A stretch of 53,316 nucleotides of DNA, the filler included, from Dimargaris cristalligena (Eukaryota), in the NCBI GenBank assembly GCA_003614675.1. It is 3 parts of 3 records of this genome, joined end to end, with 100 filler letters (N's around TTAATTAATTAA, not from the genome) between each part and the next. Parts side by side here need not be neighbours in the genome. Positions count along the whole stretch, not along the records: positions 1 to 17,759 come from ML002790.1; positions 17,860 to 35,561 come from ML002791.1; 1 more part is not named here. The stretch is one strand, 5' to 3'. The stretch's first letter is position 1; each line of letters opens with the position of its first letter. Below, one piece after another: positions 10,871 to 23,600 of the stretch. Below the pieces are notes generated by a model. It saw only the letters and a program-made list of their open reading frames with translations. It made no database searches and was not told where the DNA came from. The position numbers and the translations under genes are program-made.

Positions 10871-11968
10871 CTAGAAATCGAACGAAAAAGACCTTCCATT
10901 GTTAGCGATAGCCCTGATAAGAGTATCTGGCGACCTGGCAGGCGATTCGCTGGTTATGTCATCCACACCATTAGGACTGCCCTGGCTTTTCTTGAGTTGA
11001 TGTGCACTTGTAGGAGGGAGAAGCGTGAAGCCGGTTTGCTGGGAGTTGCCCAAATTTCCGGTATGGGGTGGATATTGTCCCACCTGGTTCTGCCCCATAT
11101 GAATTGGCTTGTTGGAAGGCCTGTCTTGGGCCAGAGGCATGTAGGGTTCAGCCTTCCAATTGTCGAACTCTCCGATGCGCTGATAGTATCCCCCTGGTAC
11201 TTGAGTATTTGGGGGCCCATTAACCGGATTTGAAGGATTATTTGCCGCATCAGATTGGTGGTTGGTGACCTGGTTATGTGACCAACTAGAGGGCTGTTGG
11301 ACTCCATAATTATTGTCCTTCACAGGCGACGGGGCCTGAGGCCGTTGGGATCCCCATTTAGTATATGATGGATGATCATGAAATGCGGATTGAAGAAATG
11401 GTGCAGTGTGGCTGGAAATCCCATTGTGTGGTGCATTGCTGTCCCACTGCCATCCAGGCTGTTCGTCGACGCGACCGTTATTGGGCTCGGAGGGGCCAGA
11501 AGCTGCATACACTGGCTTTGGACCAATATTAGGTTTGGGCTGTTCGATACCCGCGTTTGCATGGCTGGCGCTCTTTGGGTTCAGTGCTAATGAGGCTAGA
11601 AAATTAAATACTTTCGAACCAGGCGCCCTTAAGTTCATGCTGGAATTTTCTGCGGTACGGGTCCGGCGTTTCTCCTCAAACCGACCATCTGTATAGGACA
11701 GTCTTCTTTGACGCCACAAGCAGTCATCGTAGTTGCAGCCCTGGTTTTTGAGGCTGCGGGTGTAGTTGAACTTGGAGCTACTAAAGTCGCGCAGAAAGTC
11801 GCTATAGTCGCTCTTACGGTCGCTCTTAAAGTCATTCCACCAAGAACTAGGGGACCGGTGGGCAAGGGCATGGGTACTGGCGGGGTGGCTACTTAGTTCT
11901 TGTTGGCCCTGTCCGGTTACGATTGCGGACACAAGAAGGGTCCCGTAAAGAATCGAGTGATAAAGCAT
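10871..11968 (-). CDS. Orphan secreted protein (365 aa): signal peptide, short propeptide ending LAHR, N/Q/P-rich disordered C-terminal half
   Basis: Hydrophobic N-terminus MLYHSILYGTLLVSAIVTG. Paralog at 14436-15452 preserves the codon-level alignment. Confidence 0.75.
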   Translation of the reverse strand: MLYHSILYGTLLVSAIVTGQGQQELSSHPASTHALAHRSPSSWWNDFKSDRKSDYSDFLRDFSSSKFNYTRSLKNQGCNYDDCLWRQRRLSYTDGRFEEKRRTRTAENSSMNLRAPGSKVFNFLASLALNPKSASHANAGIEQPKPNIGPKPVYAASGPSEPNNGRVDEQPGWQWDSNAPHNGISSHTAPFLQSAFHDHPSYTKWGSQRPQAPSPVKDNNYGVQQPSSWSHNQVTNHQSDAANNPSNPVNGPPNTQVPGGYYQRIGEFDNWKAEPYMPLAQDRPSNKPIHMGQNQVGQYPPHTGNLGNSQQTGFTLLPPTSAHQLKKSQGSPNGVDDITSESPARSPDTLIRAIANNGRSFSFDF

Positions 11969-14435
11969 TTGCGAAAAATAGAAGCTGAAAAATGGGAGGG
12001 AGGATGTAGGGCGAACTAGGACTTAGCTTGGATGGGCTGAGATGCTTCAAACAACCATTTAAAATATATCACAAAAGATACCTGCAAGGTAGTTGAGAGA
12101 CAAATATGGCGAGCTACTGCAGCCTTTAGACAATAAAATACAATATGCCCCCCAACCCCCTTTATCACCGTTACTGAGTCTGCTTTGTACCTAAAAATAT
12201 ATAATCAAAAAGCCCTATTGGTATGTGTGGGCGGGTTGGTGGGTGTCATCATCAATTTTCTATTAAAAATAATATGTGTGGTGAGTATTAAATACATGTG
12301 GAAATATTACGGAACAACCAAGGTGGTATAGGTGGTTATCATGGGCTTTCATTCTGTGGAGTTCGACAGAGGGATGGGATGTCCCCTTTGGGAGGCGAAC
12401 TGATTGTAAAACGGTTGAGTCGGGCGAAGCAGCCCACTAGTTATTGGCCATGGGACAGGAGGACCATGCCTTAATTTGATAGTGCGAAATCGCCTAGGGC
12501 ACCTTCCTTTGTTAATATGAGCTCCAAAGTGCAATCCGGAACGATACGATTCAATTGTTCTCGTTGCACGAACAATGATCACTCGCGACATACGGCAGAA
12601 AGGCGTTTGATACAACTGTGTTGGTACGACAATGTCCACCCCTTCTTATCCGTTCCCTCCAATTAAGTGAGTGGATTGGGAGTAGCAGCCAGGCAGGTAC
12701 CAAGCGCTGAGTACGGGCCCGTCTGATTGATAATGGGAAGGGTGACAAAGCCCAACATGAGGGTAAGTTCCAGCTCAACTGTATAAAACGGGGCTCTCTT
12801 TTACTAAAAGCTGAAGAAATTGCTAAATACATTGCACCTGTATGCAGACTACCCAGGTTGCTAATGTATGGTTATTAATAGTCAGCGTCGCACAAGCATC
12901 GGGAAACTAAATGGTACAACTATTGAATGACAATAATATATGTATCCCAACTATCTGGGCTTTTAGCAAGACATTTGTAGTTGTTATTCAAGAGTCTACG
13001 TTCAAGCAGATAAATTCTGATCATATGTGCTTTAGGTCAGGTCTGTTAGGTTATGCTACACCTGATCTCCGTCACACGGTGGCCCGTTTTGAGGACCGAC
13101 TAGAAATGCCACAGGTCAGCCCTTGGGTAAAAGAGCAACTGGCACAGAGGGGCTATGGTACTGGGATACCACCTTTCGGGGAGCCTAAAGCGAGGTACGC
13201 CGGCGGCCTAGGACACAATTGAAAAAAAAAAAGTGGGAAAATGTAAGAGTAGAGAGGTGGAAGTGGAAGTAAATGGACAATATACATATACATATACATA
13301 TACCATCGCCATTATTTTTATAGCAAATTCATGTATACTGGGAATAGGTGTATTAGTAAAGGCGAGAAAACCCACCGGGTATATCCCCTCAAAGTACGCT
13401 GTTCCAACAATGGGCTAGCCATGAATAGGAACCATTCGAACGGCCAAGGTATACCATGGGCAGGTTGCCTTTTATTATAGAGTGAATTAATGAGCGAGTA
13501 CGAGCAACAGTAAGTAGTAGGCGAATTAATATAGAGCATTATTTAAACCACATAATGATAGGGAATGGAAAAGATAGGGCGATTGGTGGTAATAATAAGC
13601 GAGTAGGACTATACTCATCGGAGGATTATTACTGTGCTCGGTCGGTCTTTCCTGTCAGATTGAAGGATTATAAGTCCAAGTAAAGTAGGAGTGCGGGTAA
13701 ACGCCCCCGCTATCTATATCGAAGGTCTTCATCGCAGTCCAACTTGGAAGTGGAGTTCAGCACTTCATTGTGATGGTCTAGGGTGTTAAGTCCTGAATAT
13801 AGGAATTGGTGCAGTCTTGACGGTTTCCCCCGGCAGTATTACCAAGTTCTCCTTCATCAGGGTTCTGTTCGACTGTGGGGAGTTCTACCTCGGTTATAAG
13901 CTCGGTCCCATGGACTGCTTGGTCGATGCTGGGTACTCCTGTTAGTCCAGCATTAAAAGTATCTGATTTAATCCATAGAATAGCTGGATAAGTGACTAAA
14001 GGACAATAAAGCCAACCGGCTGTCCACGAGTCCCTATATACAGGTGCCTCATTTTTTTTAAGAAAGCAGATGGTAGAATCGAACCGCCTGTGGCGTCGTT
14101 TATTGATCAATCTGAAAAGGATAAATGGTAAAAATTCGAATCCGATAGTTGCTAAATAGTGACTATGACAATGGGTACACTTCGCACGAAAAGGAAATAT
14201 CCGGAATTTACAAAATCGCCAATAGACATTGGTATCTAGAAATCATCAGATCAAACTACTAAACTATACTATACTAAACCTCTGCCACTATAGCCTCAAT
14301 GGCTATCGTAAATGAGTACAATACATGATATGGGCCCCCCAGTGGTATCTCCGCTTACGCCTGTACCGGATGTTTCCACAGACCCTGTTGCACTTCACGC
14401 TCCATGTTCGACGCACAAGACTAGTTTGAATTAAC

Positions 14436-15452
14436 CTAGTTGGAGTTCCCGGCAGACGCCTCAGGATTGAACGATAAGGTCCGTCCGTCGTTAATAATAG
14501 GTCTTATAAGGGTAGCTTGCTGATAAGTCCTGGACCCACTATTTTGAGCTATACTCATTATTGGGGTTACCCTGGCTGGCCCCGAGTTAATGCTGACCTG
14601 CAGGAGAGACAACTGTGGCGCTAGTTTGCTGGGAGTTATCAAAATATACGGCTGGTTGGTTAATATCTTGGTTATAAGACCCGTTAGGAGGCTGTGGGTT
14701 CCCATTATTATTGACATAAGTATGGGTCTGGTCCTGGAATTGTCGGCTTCCCCCGTTAGTATTCGGCTGGTAATCCTGGTGCATGGACTGAAGAGCTGGG
14801 CAGGTGGGTAGCCGGTATATTGGGATCGAGGCCCGTTAAGAGGCTGCTGTTGTACGTTATTATTGATATAAGTATGGGCCTGGTTCTGGTCCTAGAATTG
14901 TTGGTTTCCCCCGCTCGTGTTCAGCGGACGGCCCTGGTTTATGGGCTGAGGAGCTGAAGTAGGTTGGTTGGGAGTCGGCTTGCGTGGTTCATTGTCGTCC
15001 CATTGCCAGTTAGATGATATTTTGACACTGACTGGGTTGGGCTTAGGCTTATTAAGCTGTTCGGCTTGTCCATTTCCAGGGTGTGTGCTCTTCGGGGCTG
15101 GGGCTAATTTGGTCAGATAGGAAAAAGTTTTGGAACCTAGTTTGTTAAGAGATTTTCCGGAATTCCTAGTGGTGCCGGACAGGAGGAGCTTATTATACCG
15201 ATCGTCTGTATAGGTCAGTGCTTTTTGACGCCTCGAGCGGTCGTCGTAACCGATATCCTCATTGAGGAACTTTTGGGTGTAGTTGAACTTGGCGTCACGA
15301 AATCCGAGCTTAAAGTCGCTTGGCCAAGAAGTGAGGGAACGACGGGCAAGGGTCTGGGCACTGGTGGGGTGGTCACTTAGCTCTGCGTGGCCCTGGCCAG
15401 CCATGATTGCGGACACAACAAGGGCCCCATACAGAGTCGAGTGATACAACAT
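14436..15452 (-). pseudogene. Decayed or truncated paralog of the 365-aa secreted protein (intact ORF only 15452-14892, 186 aa)
   Basis: Homology continues past TAG (14892-14894), which aligns with CAG in an internal repeat (GGNQQF*DQ vs GGSRQFQDQ). TAA at 14587-14589 aligns with CAA in the paralog. Frameshifts follow, and the C-terminal TLIRPIINDGRTLSF matches TLIRAIANNGRSFSF. Confidence 0.8.
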
Positions 15453-16269
15453 AGTCCGTTAAACGATAGCGAAAAAACAAAAGAGGAAAATAGCGGCAGG
15501 GGAGGAAATTTGGTGGCCTAGGGTTAACCAGGGTAATTCAAGCAATAGTGGAAAATATACCGTAATAGATAATTACAAGACAATTGTAGAGGCTGATGCA
15601 GCGGGCTACTGCAGCCTATAAATATAAAAAATGGAGTGCGCCTCCCCTCCCCCTCACCCTCCTTTATCGCTGTCACTGGGACTGTTTTGTACTAAAAAAA
15701 ATTAAAGCGCCTTATTAGTGTATACGGGTGAGTACGATTGTCTATTTTCTATTGAAAATCATCTACGCGGTGAATATTAAATAGGGGGGGGGGCTTACAG
15801 AACGGCCGTGGGGTAAATGGTTAATAAGGACTATCGCAGTGCGAAGTTCGACAGAGGACGAGAGAGATGTGATGTCCCCTTTAGGAGGCGAACTGTCCGT
15901 GTGCCGTTGAGAGCCAAGGGAAGCAGCCCGCTAGTTATTGGCCATGCGACAGGAGGACCATGGCCTAGTTTGGTAATGGGAAGGAGCTTAGGTTACCTCA
16001 CTTGGCTAATTTGAATTTTTAGATATATTCTATGATGTTACAGTACCCTTGCCTTTTTTTATACGTGAATAATGACCAATAGAGGCTTAAGGCAAATTGG
16101 CGAATCATACAACCATGTTAACATGATTTTGCACTCCCCTTATCCGCCGTTCTCTCCCATTAGACGAATGAGTTGGGAACTCTCCGCTTGCCAAACCAAG
16201 CGGTGGGCACTAGATATATATGCTTATCTGACAGATAATAGGGGGGGGGGCGACGAAGGACCCAACATT

Positions 16270-16414
16270 TAAGTGCGTTCCAGTCCAACGGCATAAAATG
16301 AAGCATTCGTTTAATAAGGCCCGCTGTACTGGTTAAACCTATTTCTTCCACTGGTTTTTGTCATGTAAAGCTTATTCGAAACCCTTATACAGCCGGGAAA
16401 ATAATTATCCATAT
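16270..16414 (+). mobile_element. MITE family A copy (diverged); an internally deleted counterpart lies at ~12757-12843
   Basis: 3' end aacccttatacagccgggaaaataattatccatat. The 5' end is eroded. Confidence 0.55.
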
Positions 16415-17428
16415 GCAAGCCGCCCTAGTTGAAAATGGCCTCCTATTAATAGCCAGTGTTGCACAACAATCGAGAAGCTGAATGGTACTGCCATTGTATC
16501 ACCATAATATGCACCTGCCGACCATCCAGGCACATGAAAAGCTGTCTAAAGTCGTTCAAAAATCAACATTTAAGCGGACTAATTTGGGCCGTAGGGCAGT
16601 TTAGCTTAGGCCTATAATATTATAATATACCCGACCTTTACCACACGTTGGTCTGCTTTGGGGACTAGCTGGAAATACCACAGACCACCCCTCTAGGTAA
16701 AAGAGCTTCTAGCATAGGAGAGCCATGCTACTGGGAAAACACTGTTAGGAGAACCTAAAGCGGGTGACATGGGCATCCAGGAAAATAGGCGAAGGAAGTG
16801 GGGCAATATGGGAATAGCAAGATGAAGGCAGGGGGATATCATCCTTATACCACCACCATTATTTTCATAAAAAATTATATATCAGGAACTAAAGTAACTG
16901 TGCAGGTGGGAGAAACCATTGTATATAAATACCGAGAGTACATCATCCTAATAATAGTCTAATCTAGAATAGGTATCATTAGATTAGTCAAAGTGCACCT
17001 TAGGACAGTTGATTATCCCTACAACTAGACAGCATCAATATAAGACTGACCAACCTGAGGGATAAACAGCTGGTATTTAAGGTAAAGTGAAGGATTAGGA
17101 AGGACAAAGGTAGTAGTATAAGTGGAGCAATGAGACCTGGTAGATTGACTTGGCTGTGCATTACATCATTGTAGGGAAAAGCCGGAAGTCCCGACAGAAG
17201 GTTCAGACCAATTACAGGGACATTGGGGGGTGTTGCCTGGGTTAACCACTCTTAGTCCATTAAGAGTCCTGAGGATAGGCTTCTAATAGTAGGTGGGGCT
17301 TAGGCTTAGTCAAGTGGGCTACTAGCATCAGGTATAGGGTATAACATAAACTAATAAAGGCTTAGTGGTAAGTATATGCAAGGTATGTGTAGTGGGTACA
17401 CTTACTAGTTAGGCCTAAGGGTGTAAGT

Positions 17429-17573
17429 ATATGGGAGTAGTTTAACAAGGCTGTATAATGAAACATCCATTTGATGAGGCAAATCCTGCTGGCTGAAAAT
17501 TAACATCCCACTGATTTTCCCATACAACATATTAGTTAAAACCTTATACAGCTAAGCTGAATTTCACCCATAT
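17429..17573 (+). mobile_element. MITE family A copy
   Basis: atatgggagtagtttaacaaggctgtataatgaaacatcc ... accttatacagctaagctgaatttcacccatat. Confidence 0.85.
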
Positions 17574-17599
17574 AAAGAGTTAATTAGATAAATGGGGGC

Positions 17600-17759
17600 T
17601 GTAAAGAACTGAACTCAAATCCTTGAAAACTGAACTTTATTTAAAAAAATAGATGATAAGAAGGGAAAGGTGGTGATAGACTTACTATTCCAAGAGGTGG
17701 CAGTAAGGGGGAGTATTTATACTCAAAAGGGGAAGCCTAAATAAAAAGATAGATGAATA
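17600..17759 (-). mobile_element. LTR-like repeat family C, 3' half, at contig end
   Basis: On the minus strand: TATAAATA, AATAAA and terminus ...TTTACA. Reverse complement of 17860-18006 with substitutions. Confidence 0.6.
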
Positions 17760-17859
17760 NNNNNNNNNNNNNNNNNNNNNNNNNNNNNNNNNNNNNNNNN
17801 NNNTTAATTAATTAANNNNNNNNNNNNNNNNNNNNNNNNNNNNNNNNNNNNNNNNNNNN
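17760..17859. other. Artificial contig spacer N44-TTAATTAATTAA-N44
   Basis: 100-nt spacer with stops in all six frames; identical to the spacer at 35562. Confidence 0.97.
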
Positions 17860-18006
17860 TTTCATTTAGGCTTACCCTTTTGAGTATAAATACTCCCCCT
17901 TGCTGCCACCTCTTAGAACAGTAAGTCTATTATTACCTTTCCCTTCTTATTATCTATTTTTTTAAATAAAGATTAGTTTTCAAGGATTTGATTTCAGTTC
18001 TTTACA
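17860..18006 (+). mobile_element. LTR-like repeat family C, 3' half, at contig start
   Basis: gagTATAAATActcc ... AATAAAg ... gttctTTACA. Confidence 0.6.
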
Positions 18007-20246
18007 CCAGCTGTTGGGCCAGTGGTTTGAGGCCCCTCCCTTCTGGGACTAAGGCTGGGGTTGGCAGGGTCACTGGATGTCAGGTTTGGAGTGCTCAAGG
18101 TACCTGGGTGAAGCATGGAGAACTCAGGAAACAGTCTTTCAGCTAGTCGGATCAGCTCGGAGCTGTTATCGGAGGTCGAGCTGGGGTATGGTGAAAAATG
18201 CTCCACACAAAATGATCCTAAACTCCTGTAGTCAGAGTTAGGTACTGGGGGAGCCACAGTGGCTGCATGCTGAAAATGAGGTAATAATAAAAGTAAATTA
18301 AAAAAATGACAATCTGACTTCTGGTTGAAGTCATCAGCCACTGCTGGGTAAAATAATGGGTGAAGTTAAAATAGACATTTATTCTGAATAATAAAAACTT
18401 ATCTTGAAGATAACTTGCCAGTTTAAGGGCCGGCTGGGGAAACTATATATATGTAAATTGATACTATGAACTTAGAGCTATATTACTACTTTAGGATATC
18501 ATCCTCGGATAGACTGCCAACCATAAAACCACGAAGGAAAAAACTGGCTGGGTCTTCAAGTTTGAACACTGTGCAAAAGGGAAAGAAAGGATATATGGGA
18601 AAATGGAAGACAAAAAATGCCTCAGATCCACTGGGGCATTCTTGAAAGTAGGATACGGAAGATTTTGACATCACTCGCTCACCCCAGTGTGAGCACTGTT
18701 CATGGCAAAGGCATAACTATGGATCTGGAGTGCGCAGGCATCATGGGGCAAGGAATAATGACTAGTTAGTCTCATGGAAAGGGAAAATCATCCCAACCCC
18801 TGGCAGTACACCAGCCACAATGCCTAGTATTGGCTAAGGACTTCATGATGATAGATATACACCCAGGGTAGAGTCATCCTCAACTAAACAGGGCCCTTGT
18901 GAAGGAGAGCCTAGTATCACAGCTGGGGTTAACCTTGCAATAGCTGTGGCAAACCTGTTGCTCAATTTTTATACCCAGGTCCATAATAATGAGTTATCTA
19001 ACTCCCCTAATAGACTGGACCAGAGCAAAGACCCCAACTAAGATAACTGGTATACCTACCACCACCCCATTTCTGCATACCCTCAACTCCTCCAATATAA
19101 ATGGAAGGACTGCCTCAGAATTATACTGGCCTTAGGATGACAATTCCTCCTACTCACTTTATTTATCTATTCATTTGTATCTATATTTGACAATCCTCAT
19201 ACAGAGTATCATTAATAAAACTGCTTATCAGTTATTATATTTATATACACTTGCCAATTCACTTATTAGCAATAACTAGAAAAAGGTCTATTACCTGAAT
19301 ATTGAAATAACCATGGTGCTACACTTATCAGAAATTACAATTATATAAAATTTGTTACTGGTCATAAGGACCTAATACACCTAAAACTATTGGGGTAAGA
19401 TGTGAGAAGTCCCAGGTATTTACCAACTAAAGTAATCTAGAGACCCAGATTTAACATTTAATAGAATCCAGGGGTTTGTATTGTACTAATCATTTTTGTG
19501 GGTAAATATCACTTAATAGGCCACCTATACTCTAAAAAAAAGGCAAATGGGAACACAAATCTCCAGTGGTTGGTGATTCTGTACCGAGAACCTTAGTCAT
19601 CCCGTGGTTGAATTCTGGGAATGTTATTGATAAAGAATTGATCGAGATAGCGTTATGGGAAGCCATTATATTGAGTCAGTTGTATGGAAATTACGCTGTA
19701 AGAAATTTTGGCATCAGTGTAGTGGATATGTGACAATGTTCTGCGGCTCTAATTAGTTTAGTATAATTTATCACCTTAATAGGATTACAGGGGGGTTTGT
19801 TGCACCCAAGGTGATTAAATCAAGCTTACTAAAAAATAGAGACCACTGGACTATTATTGTTGATCAATTTACACATGACCTGTGAATAACAAACATAGAG
19901 CGGTGCCAATTTGGACAATGATTGATTGATATGCTAATATTAAACATCATACTACTGACTATCACGGCATTGGATTTTATTACCTTGGGCAGTACTATTC
20001 ACCTGGGAATTGATGAAAAAAGAGAGGCGATGGATTTAGATATCAGCGAAACTCCAGATCCTATGGTAGTGATTTCAGTTTTTTTGGTTCCCTATTAAAG
20101 GTATAAATATACCTCTCCAACCACTCGACTATTTCTGATATTTACCCTCTCTAGAAATTGGCTCTTCACAATTTACAACTACTACTCCAGACTTGAATTA
20201 CTACAGCAAACTTGACCCCACCCCCCACCGCTATTAACCTTAAGCA

Positions 20247-20679
20247 ATGCGAGCTTTAACATTTGATGGTGAATGGGAAACCTTGGAAATGCACGGTGAG
20301 TACTGGATCAGATAAACACCCATTAGCCGATTTGCTCATCCCATATTTCACATCCTAGTTTCCCCTCTCTTATTTTCACCTAGCCTTGGGGTTGACTAGA
20401 TAGTGCCATGGCCCTTTGTCGGCGCTCATGGCCCGATGACGAATATTTTTCAGGAACACTTAGAATGTCTATCACTAATCAATACGTACTTCTAGATATT
20501 TCTCTTATTTTTTTTTAGCGAGGATTTATTTCGCCTTTAGATCTTCTCCCAATATGAAATACGAAGGTACTATCACAGACATTAACCAGGACCGTGGTGT
20601 GGTGATTATCGAAGAAGTCCAGCTAGGAGTTATGATTGTGAGGTCCAAGTCTATCTATTTCAGACCCTGTTTCTTCTAA
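20247..20679 (+). CDS. Candidate small spliced gene with an Sm/LSm-like segment (exons 20247-20295, 20404-20466, 20519-20679; a further exon after 20712 is possible)
   Basis: TATAAATA at ~20102, ATG, GTGAGT donor, polyT-AG acceptor at 20518. Spliced frame is MRALTFDGEWETLEMHVPWPFVGAHGPMTNIFQEHLESRIYFAFRSSPNMKYEGTITDINQDRGVVIIEEVQLG. The second donor (GTCTAT) is weak. Confidence 0.4.
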
Positions 20680-23600
20680 TTCAGCTGAATCACATTCTAT
20701 ACTCTAATCCAGTTAACATGCCAGTTGGCAACTTGCCTGGCCTGCCAATCGGAAGGAAGATCAACTCCAGCTTCAATAAAGTGTATATTTTTTTGGTCGA
20801 ATTATAGAAATAATGCCGTAGTAGCCAGTGTTTAGAAATGGCTGTATGGCGAGATTTGGTTACTGCAATGCCCTGGTTATGATCAGTTAAGTGTTAGATA
20901 GTTGATGCTTATGGAAGGTATTAATATTTAAATAACGGTGCACCAATGCCATTATTATCCCTCGTGGAATTGTATTTAGCCAACATAGCCAGCGGTGGGT
21001 TAAGGTGTTGATGAGGTGTTCAGGGGGTTGCGGTTATTGAGGTGAGGTTAAGTATAGTGCAGATGGGCACCGAACCTGAACTCGGGGATAGCATCAGTAT
21101 TGTATAGATGACGACTAAAAGTGAATTAATACAAATCAGATAGTACCAAATTACAGGATCTGTATGGCAGTTAGATAGGTCCAAAGGCCAAAATGGGTTT
21201 ACCCCCAATACCTCCCACAGCCACTTAGGCTAACTACTCTGTGTCCATAAAGAATCCCACAGGTATGTGCCTAATAGGTGTGGTAACCAGGAGGGCACTT
21301 GACTGGTGATAATAGTCCCTGCTAGGAGTGGGCGCATGTAATATATATTAGTTAACAGATGAATAGCGCCGACAGCACACTTATTATCATGAGATGTTGT
21401 ATATATTTGAGGTTATTAGATAAACATGGGGGAATATAAGCTAAGGAACTAATCGGGTTGTAACTTGACCCGATACCTCTACGCGGGGATAATTCTAAGG
21501 GAGTATCCCAAGGGGAATACTAAGTAGTACAAAATAATAGATAAAATAGACCAGTCGGGGGCTATTGTTATATGAAAGACCCTCATGGGAATGGGAAGGG
21601 TCTTTAGATCAGCACCAGTGTGTGCGCCAAAAACAGTTAATAGCAGCTGGGGGGATAACTAATGATGGCCCCATGGTACCAGGTATTATTGTAGGAAAGA
21701 TGGTATGTCACAATATGGCCTAATACGGATCATCACACAGCACCAGTCCGATAAAGGCAGGTTGGTCAGTATGACACTATATTGTTACAGGCATGTTGGC
21801 CATCCTTAGAAAACACTGGTTTACCTGGCGGAAAATCCCGCCCTATATATGATATACTATTAAGACTTTTATAAATGTTACAATGTTAAGGAAACATAAC
21901 CATATTCAGCTACTATATTATATCCATAATTCACTCACAATCCTTACTTTCTTACAATCAGCCTATATCTAATATTTAGTTGGCCATAACATAGGGTGTA
22001 ATTAGAGCAGTAAGTTACACCACTACAGCCCGATATAAATGGGCTCAATTGCATAAAAAAAATATCTGAGGAAGAGTATTTATATGATATTAATATTGGG
22101 GAAAAAATACGAATAGGCATAATCCATAATACCCTTCTTTAAAATAAATGAGAAATGTAGATTCTAACTTAAAGGGTCTGGGTTATGTGGAAAAAGTCCC
22201 CAGTTCATTTAACCAATTTTGTTGAGTTGGTTTGTGATAACAAGCAACTGTACAATTTATACATGTATAGCTATAATTTATCGATTCATTTGAAAAATAT
22301 AATTAAGACTGGTTCTACTATATGTTATAAAAGGGGTATAGTAGAACATATGGGAATTGGAAGTGGTGATGAGGAGAGAACATGCCTGTCTTCATCAGCA
22401 GTTGGCATAAACTTATGCAAACTGAATAATTAGCCAAAGTGTCAAATTTCTTATCTAAATGGTTGGAGTCTGGACCAAGACAGTGGTTGAAATTGTGGTA
22501 AATTATAGACACATAAACCTAATAAAATAGTTGCTGAAGAAACCAGTACGGTAATCCTTTTCCCAAGGATATAATAGTGTATTTAATATCCATGGCTGAC
22601 CCTAAAGTCAGTGTTATATTAGTAGTCAAAATATAATACCCAAACGTATGTGAACAAACAAAGTGGTAAATGTAAGTTATTTAATGACAGGACGATCATT
22701 TTTTCGCAGACATGAGTATCCATGTGAGTTTGTAGAGTTTATAAGGACTAGGTATTTAGCTGAGCCATTATAGAACTTTTGGATTGGTTTAGCCGGGTTA
22801 AAATATAAGAAATATGATCACCATAATATTTGCCATAAAGGGTAGTTGGTCAGGTTTGCTTCGAGAAATGTAAGGCTGAGGGAGGCACGGTAATCATGTA
22901 ACCATTGCGATGACTTAAGTTATGTTTCCAGGGATACTATTTAATAGTGTGGTATTAGTAATGGCACTATCCGTCTCAAGTCTTGAACATCTTGTATTAT
23001 CATGGGGGGGGGGGGGTTGACAATTACTACCATTCTATATTAGCCATCCACGTATGGTTTAATAATGAATCATCTTGACCGCTTTTCCAGCTTTTGTTGA
23101 ATTACGGCTAAGGTCGGGAATAAAATAATATCTGCGTGTTCAGACTGACACGCAAACAATGTTTCCTGACCAAAAGGGCCCTCACGCTGAGTTGATTTAT
23201 AAGTGAAACTAGGATTAGGACCTCGTCGATTAAGACCGGTACAGTGTTGCTATACTACTGGAATAGCACAATATCGTTGCCCAAAATCAGCCTTAATAAT
23301 GTCACTGCTACGGGGGAATCGCTCTCATTTTACGTCAGGTGATCCATGAATTATATCCAACATTACTCTTTACAATGGCACAGGTGTCTTTACAGAGCCA
23401 GTCACTCCGTACAAGGTATACGCCGCCTGGCAGGTGAGCCACCAATAGTAGCTGTGCTCATTAAAATATATCTGATGAATAAACCATGTGGGCAAAAGGT
23501 CGGACTACGAGGTTGTATTTTGTGTATGTATATTGCTGGGAGGCTCCGGCCATCGGTTGCCAGGCTTGGAGATGCGCATGGGCATTGTGGCCACTGGTGT

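Larger units (their letters stand above)
10570..17010 (+). repeat. Direct duplication of ~2.9 kb units (~10570-13470 and ~14160-17010)
   Basis: Shared blocks: ggatacacttcgtatgaa/gggtacacttcgcacgaa, gaagcagcccactagttattggccatg/gaagcagcccgctagttattggccatg, gagcctaaagcga/gaacctaaagcgg. Confidence 0.85.

Noticed and set aside
17804-17815. TTAATTAATTAA palindrome (also at 35606-35617)
   Set aside because: Artificial six-frame-stop linker between contigs.
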